DNA of 37,528 bases from Paraglomus brasilianum (Eukaryota): contig CAJVPI010000271.1 in assembly GCA_910592345.1 (NCBI GenBank), positions 1-37,528 on the forward strand, read 5' to 3'. The translations under genes and the position numbers were made by a program. The notes beneath the pieces are model-generated. The model was not told the DNA's origin. It was given only the letters and a program-made list of their open reading frames with translations, and did not search any database. Position 1 is the stretch's first letter. Each line of letters begins with the position of its first letter. Shown here in pieces: positions 34,848-37,528 of this stretch.

Positions 34848-36881
34848 ATGTCTCCAAGAAGAATTAGATATAGCTTATGGTACGCCTTTAAAGACAACAG
34901 GGGTGTCTCCCAGCGAATACGTGTTGAAGAACTTTCCGATGATGAACCCAGTGTTTGTGACATTCAAGACGAAATCGTGAGAAAAGAAAAGTTGTCGTGT
35001 GCTGTGAGCACGATTATTCTTGAAGTAAAAGCTCCTGAAGGCGATCAATATAATTTGTTAAACGATGCTTTATTTCATGAACATGAAGAAAATTTCATCA
35101 CGTTAAAAGACTTCTTTGCAATATCAAAAAGCAATCCGATAATAATAAGAGGTAACAACTTTGTGACTCGGGCGTTGGGACATAGAGTAGTGTGTACATA
35201 GGGTAGAGTTGACATAGTAATATGAATTCATCAGTGAATGCTCCTTTTTTGTTCATATGCTGTACAATTGATTATTCAACCGTGTTTGGGGACAAAAGCT
35301 GCTTTTGTGATATTGACTATGTTGCATCAACGAGTGTTGGCTATCTTTTTTTTTTACTGTATACTTGCTTCCGTTCTTTCTTGAATTATACCTCAAGGGC
35401 CAGTGTTAACTTCTGAACTCGAGCCATGCCAGGGTATGATTTCTTTATGGCACAACGCTCTTATATTTTCATTGCTTATTCATTTTAATTTTTTTTTGTT
35501 TAGCTTTCAATGTCACTGTGAAGCCCAAAAAGACACCATTTCTGTGGGTCACAAATATAAATGAGTGTTCCATTGACAAGCTTAAGAGAAAGATTACCAT
35601 AACTTGGACTGACATTGAAGATGTCAATGAGGCCACATTGGCAAAGGACACGAAGGATTTAAGCAATTTTTCATTGCCGAATTCTTTAATGAAGATACCA
35701 AGGCAGAAGCTATGGAATTAGCTAGTAAGCGAACTTCAATTTTTGTAGACATGAAAAAAGCCATTATAACAGATGATTTGGATTTGCAGAGAATGTTAAA
35801 GGTTATGGTGACAGCTGGAACCCTAAGTTTTAATGTTTCCCTTGAGACATGTATGTATACTCAATAAGGGCATTGTTTCTTTATAAGAGCCCTCTGCTCA
35901 TCACTATGTTATACTAACATTCTCTTCACATAGTGTCAAAGGCTTTCACTGATTTCAAATTCCAAGAAGTCTGTCACTTGTTTGGCATCTTTGAAGATGA
36001 AAATCCCTCTCTAAGTGCATTCCCAGTGTTTAATTGTGGTATGATTTCACTATTACTATTCAAGTCTATCAAACCTTTATGGTCTGAATTCAATATCTTG
36101 GGTATTGTACTTTTCAGATACAAGAACAATAGATTGGGATCAAGTAGCCAAACAACACCTAGTGCATCTGATCAATGATTTGAAGGTATACAACATTGTG
36201 AATCTTGTGTTTCTAATGTGAAGTTTGACTCACCATTTTGAATTGAATAATAGGCACTAAACGACATGACTGACCTTGACTTGACAAATGAGGCAACCCA
36301 TTCCCTATACTAATACATCAGGTCCTTTCTTGTTGCTGCAGTTTGTTATTTCAAAGAAGATATCATTCTCAGGCCTCAAAAGAAACTTTGTGGAAGACAT
36401 GGCCATGGACCTGTAGACTTTGCTCTTGAGTCTCATCACCAGGTGCAACAGTATGTGTTACTGAGATCAAAAGAGACGATCTCAAAAAAGGGATTGCTCA
36501 GAATGTGGTCCAGCTTGAAGCATGCTTGGTATGTGTAATGAATGTATGGGAATTTTTTGGGCCATGCTAACTTACTATTGGGAATAGCTTGGTCACAAGC
36601 ACAAGTGGAATGAAGTGGATGAAGACACTGCTAGCCTTGAAGAAACATATGGGATTGTTACAGATGCTGAGAAGTGGTATTTTCTCCATTGCAAAGTGAG
36701 TGACAACAAAGGGGCTGAATTTGGGTTGTCAAAGCCCCCTATCACTGTTGATTGGTTTGGAACTGTGGAGAAATACAGGGCCAATGTAAAAATGGTGTTA
36801 GAGCATATCCTTTGGTTATTGTGCAAAATGGAGGAAGCAGAGGCTGACACAGGAATAGGTTGGATAAATGCTCCTAGATAA
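34848..36881 (+). pseudogene. Crinkler-like gene (ubiquitin-like header plus PD-(D/E)xK nuclease-like C-terminus), disrupted
   Basis: Exon 1 (34848-35151) ends ...SKSNPIIIR. Later exons give FNVTVKPKKTPFLW, SKAFTDFKFQEVCHLFG, NEATHSLY*YIRSFL, GRHGHGPVDFALES, VCVTEIKRDDLKKGIAQNVVQLE, YGIVTDAEKWYFL. In-frame TAA at 36311-36313 and frameshifts near 35665 and 36440. Confidence 0.8.
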
Positions 36882-37199
36882 TGATGAGCTGATTGATTTG
36901 TGCTTATCGATATTTTCTAGTGCTAGCATTCCTGCATTCCTAGAAAATTAATTTCTTAAATTAGCTCTGTCCTTTTTTTTCAAATCTTGATATTCATACC
37001 TTTCATATATCATAGTGTGTTGGAGGAAAAATAGCAGCTTGATAATATGTGTGATGATTTTTTTTTTGCCTTGATTTGCTCTGTGTTTTCAATAATATAA
37101 TAAATGATATATAATGAGATAAATAAATGATGTTAGTATTAGTATATGCTATAACCACAAAATTGGAGCCTTAATGCCTAGATTTGGTATCAACACATA

Positions 37200-37528
37200 C
37201 AGTCAAACCTCGGAAAACCGATACCGCTAAAAACCGATATCTCGCAAAACTGATACTTTTTTCAATTCATATATGATAAATCCCTCATAAAACGCAAACC
37301 CGGTAAACCGATATTTTTTTTGGCGATAGTCATAATAGATTGAGCCTCGATAAACCGTGACCTGATTCTTGCAATTTCATTAGTCAACCAATGAAATCGC
37401 AAAAATTTACATACAGTGTGTAACAAAAAAAACCGGATATTTTTTTATACGACGTAAACGCGTCTTACGCGTTTGTTTCTTGTCCGATTTGGGAGATTTA
37501 AAATGGAAAATAAACACGATAATCAGGG
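37200..37528 (+). mobile_element. Left end of a pogo/Tigger-like element running out of the window
   Basis: TA|CAGTCAAACCTCGGAAAACCGATAC followed by repeated AAACCGATA subterminal motifs. The right TIR is not in the window. Confidence 0.7.

Overview
AT-rich eukaryotic DNA with short GT-AG introns and CTAAC-type branch points. It is fungal, and most likely Glomeromycotina/Mucoromycota, inferred from Sel1 repeats, a Crinkler-like gene and a kinase relic typical of arbuscular mycorrhizal fungi. Spliced genes reconstructed by eye: the 3' end of a Sel1-repeat gene; a secreted, GPI-type cupredoxin-like protein; a molybdenum-cofactor-sulfurase (hxB/MOCOS)-like PLP enzyme whose MOSC domain is replaced by a hydrophobic tail; a half-size ABCG transporter; eIF2B-delta; guanine deaminase; and an HMT1/ABCB6-type transporter with no N-terminal extension and a C-terminal coding minisatellite. 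The flanks (about 0.3-8 kb and 28-37.5 kb) hold MITEs, one nested pair among them, plus a Tc1 relic and pseudogenes (subtilisin, kinase, HTH, Crinkler-like nuclease). Best lead: a possible purine-catabolism neighbourhood (hxB-like + ABCG + guanine deaminase) with an exact UaY-type TCGG-N6-CCGA site and many GATA sites upstream of an unusual MOSC-less, probably membrane-anchored sulfurase. All gene models are manual and unverified by database search.
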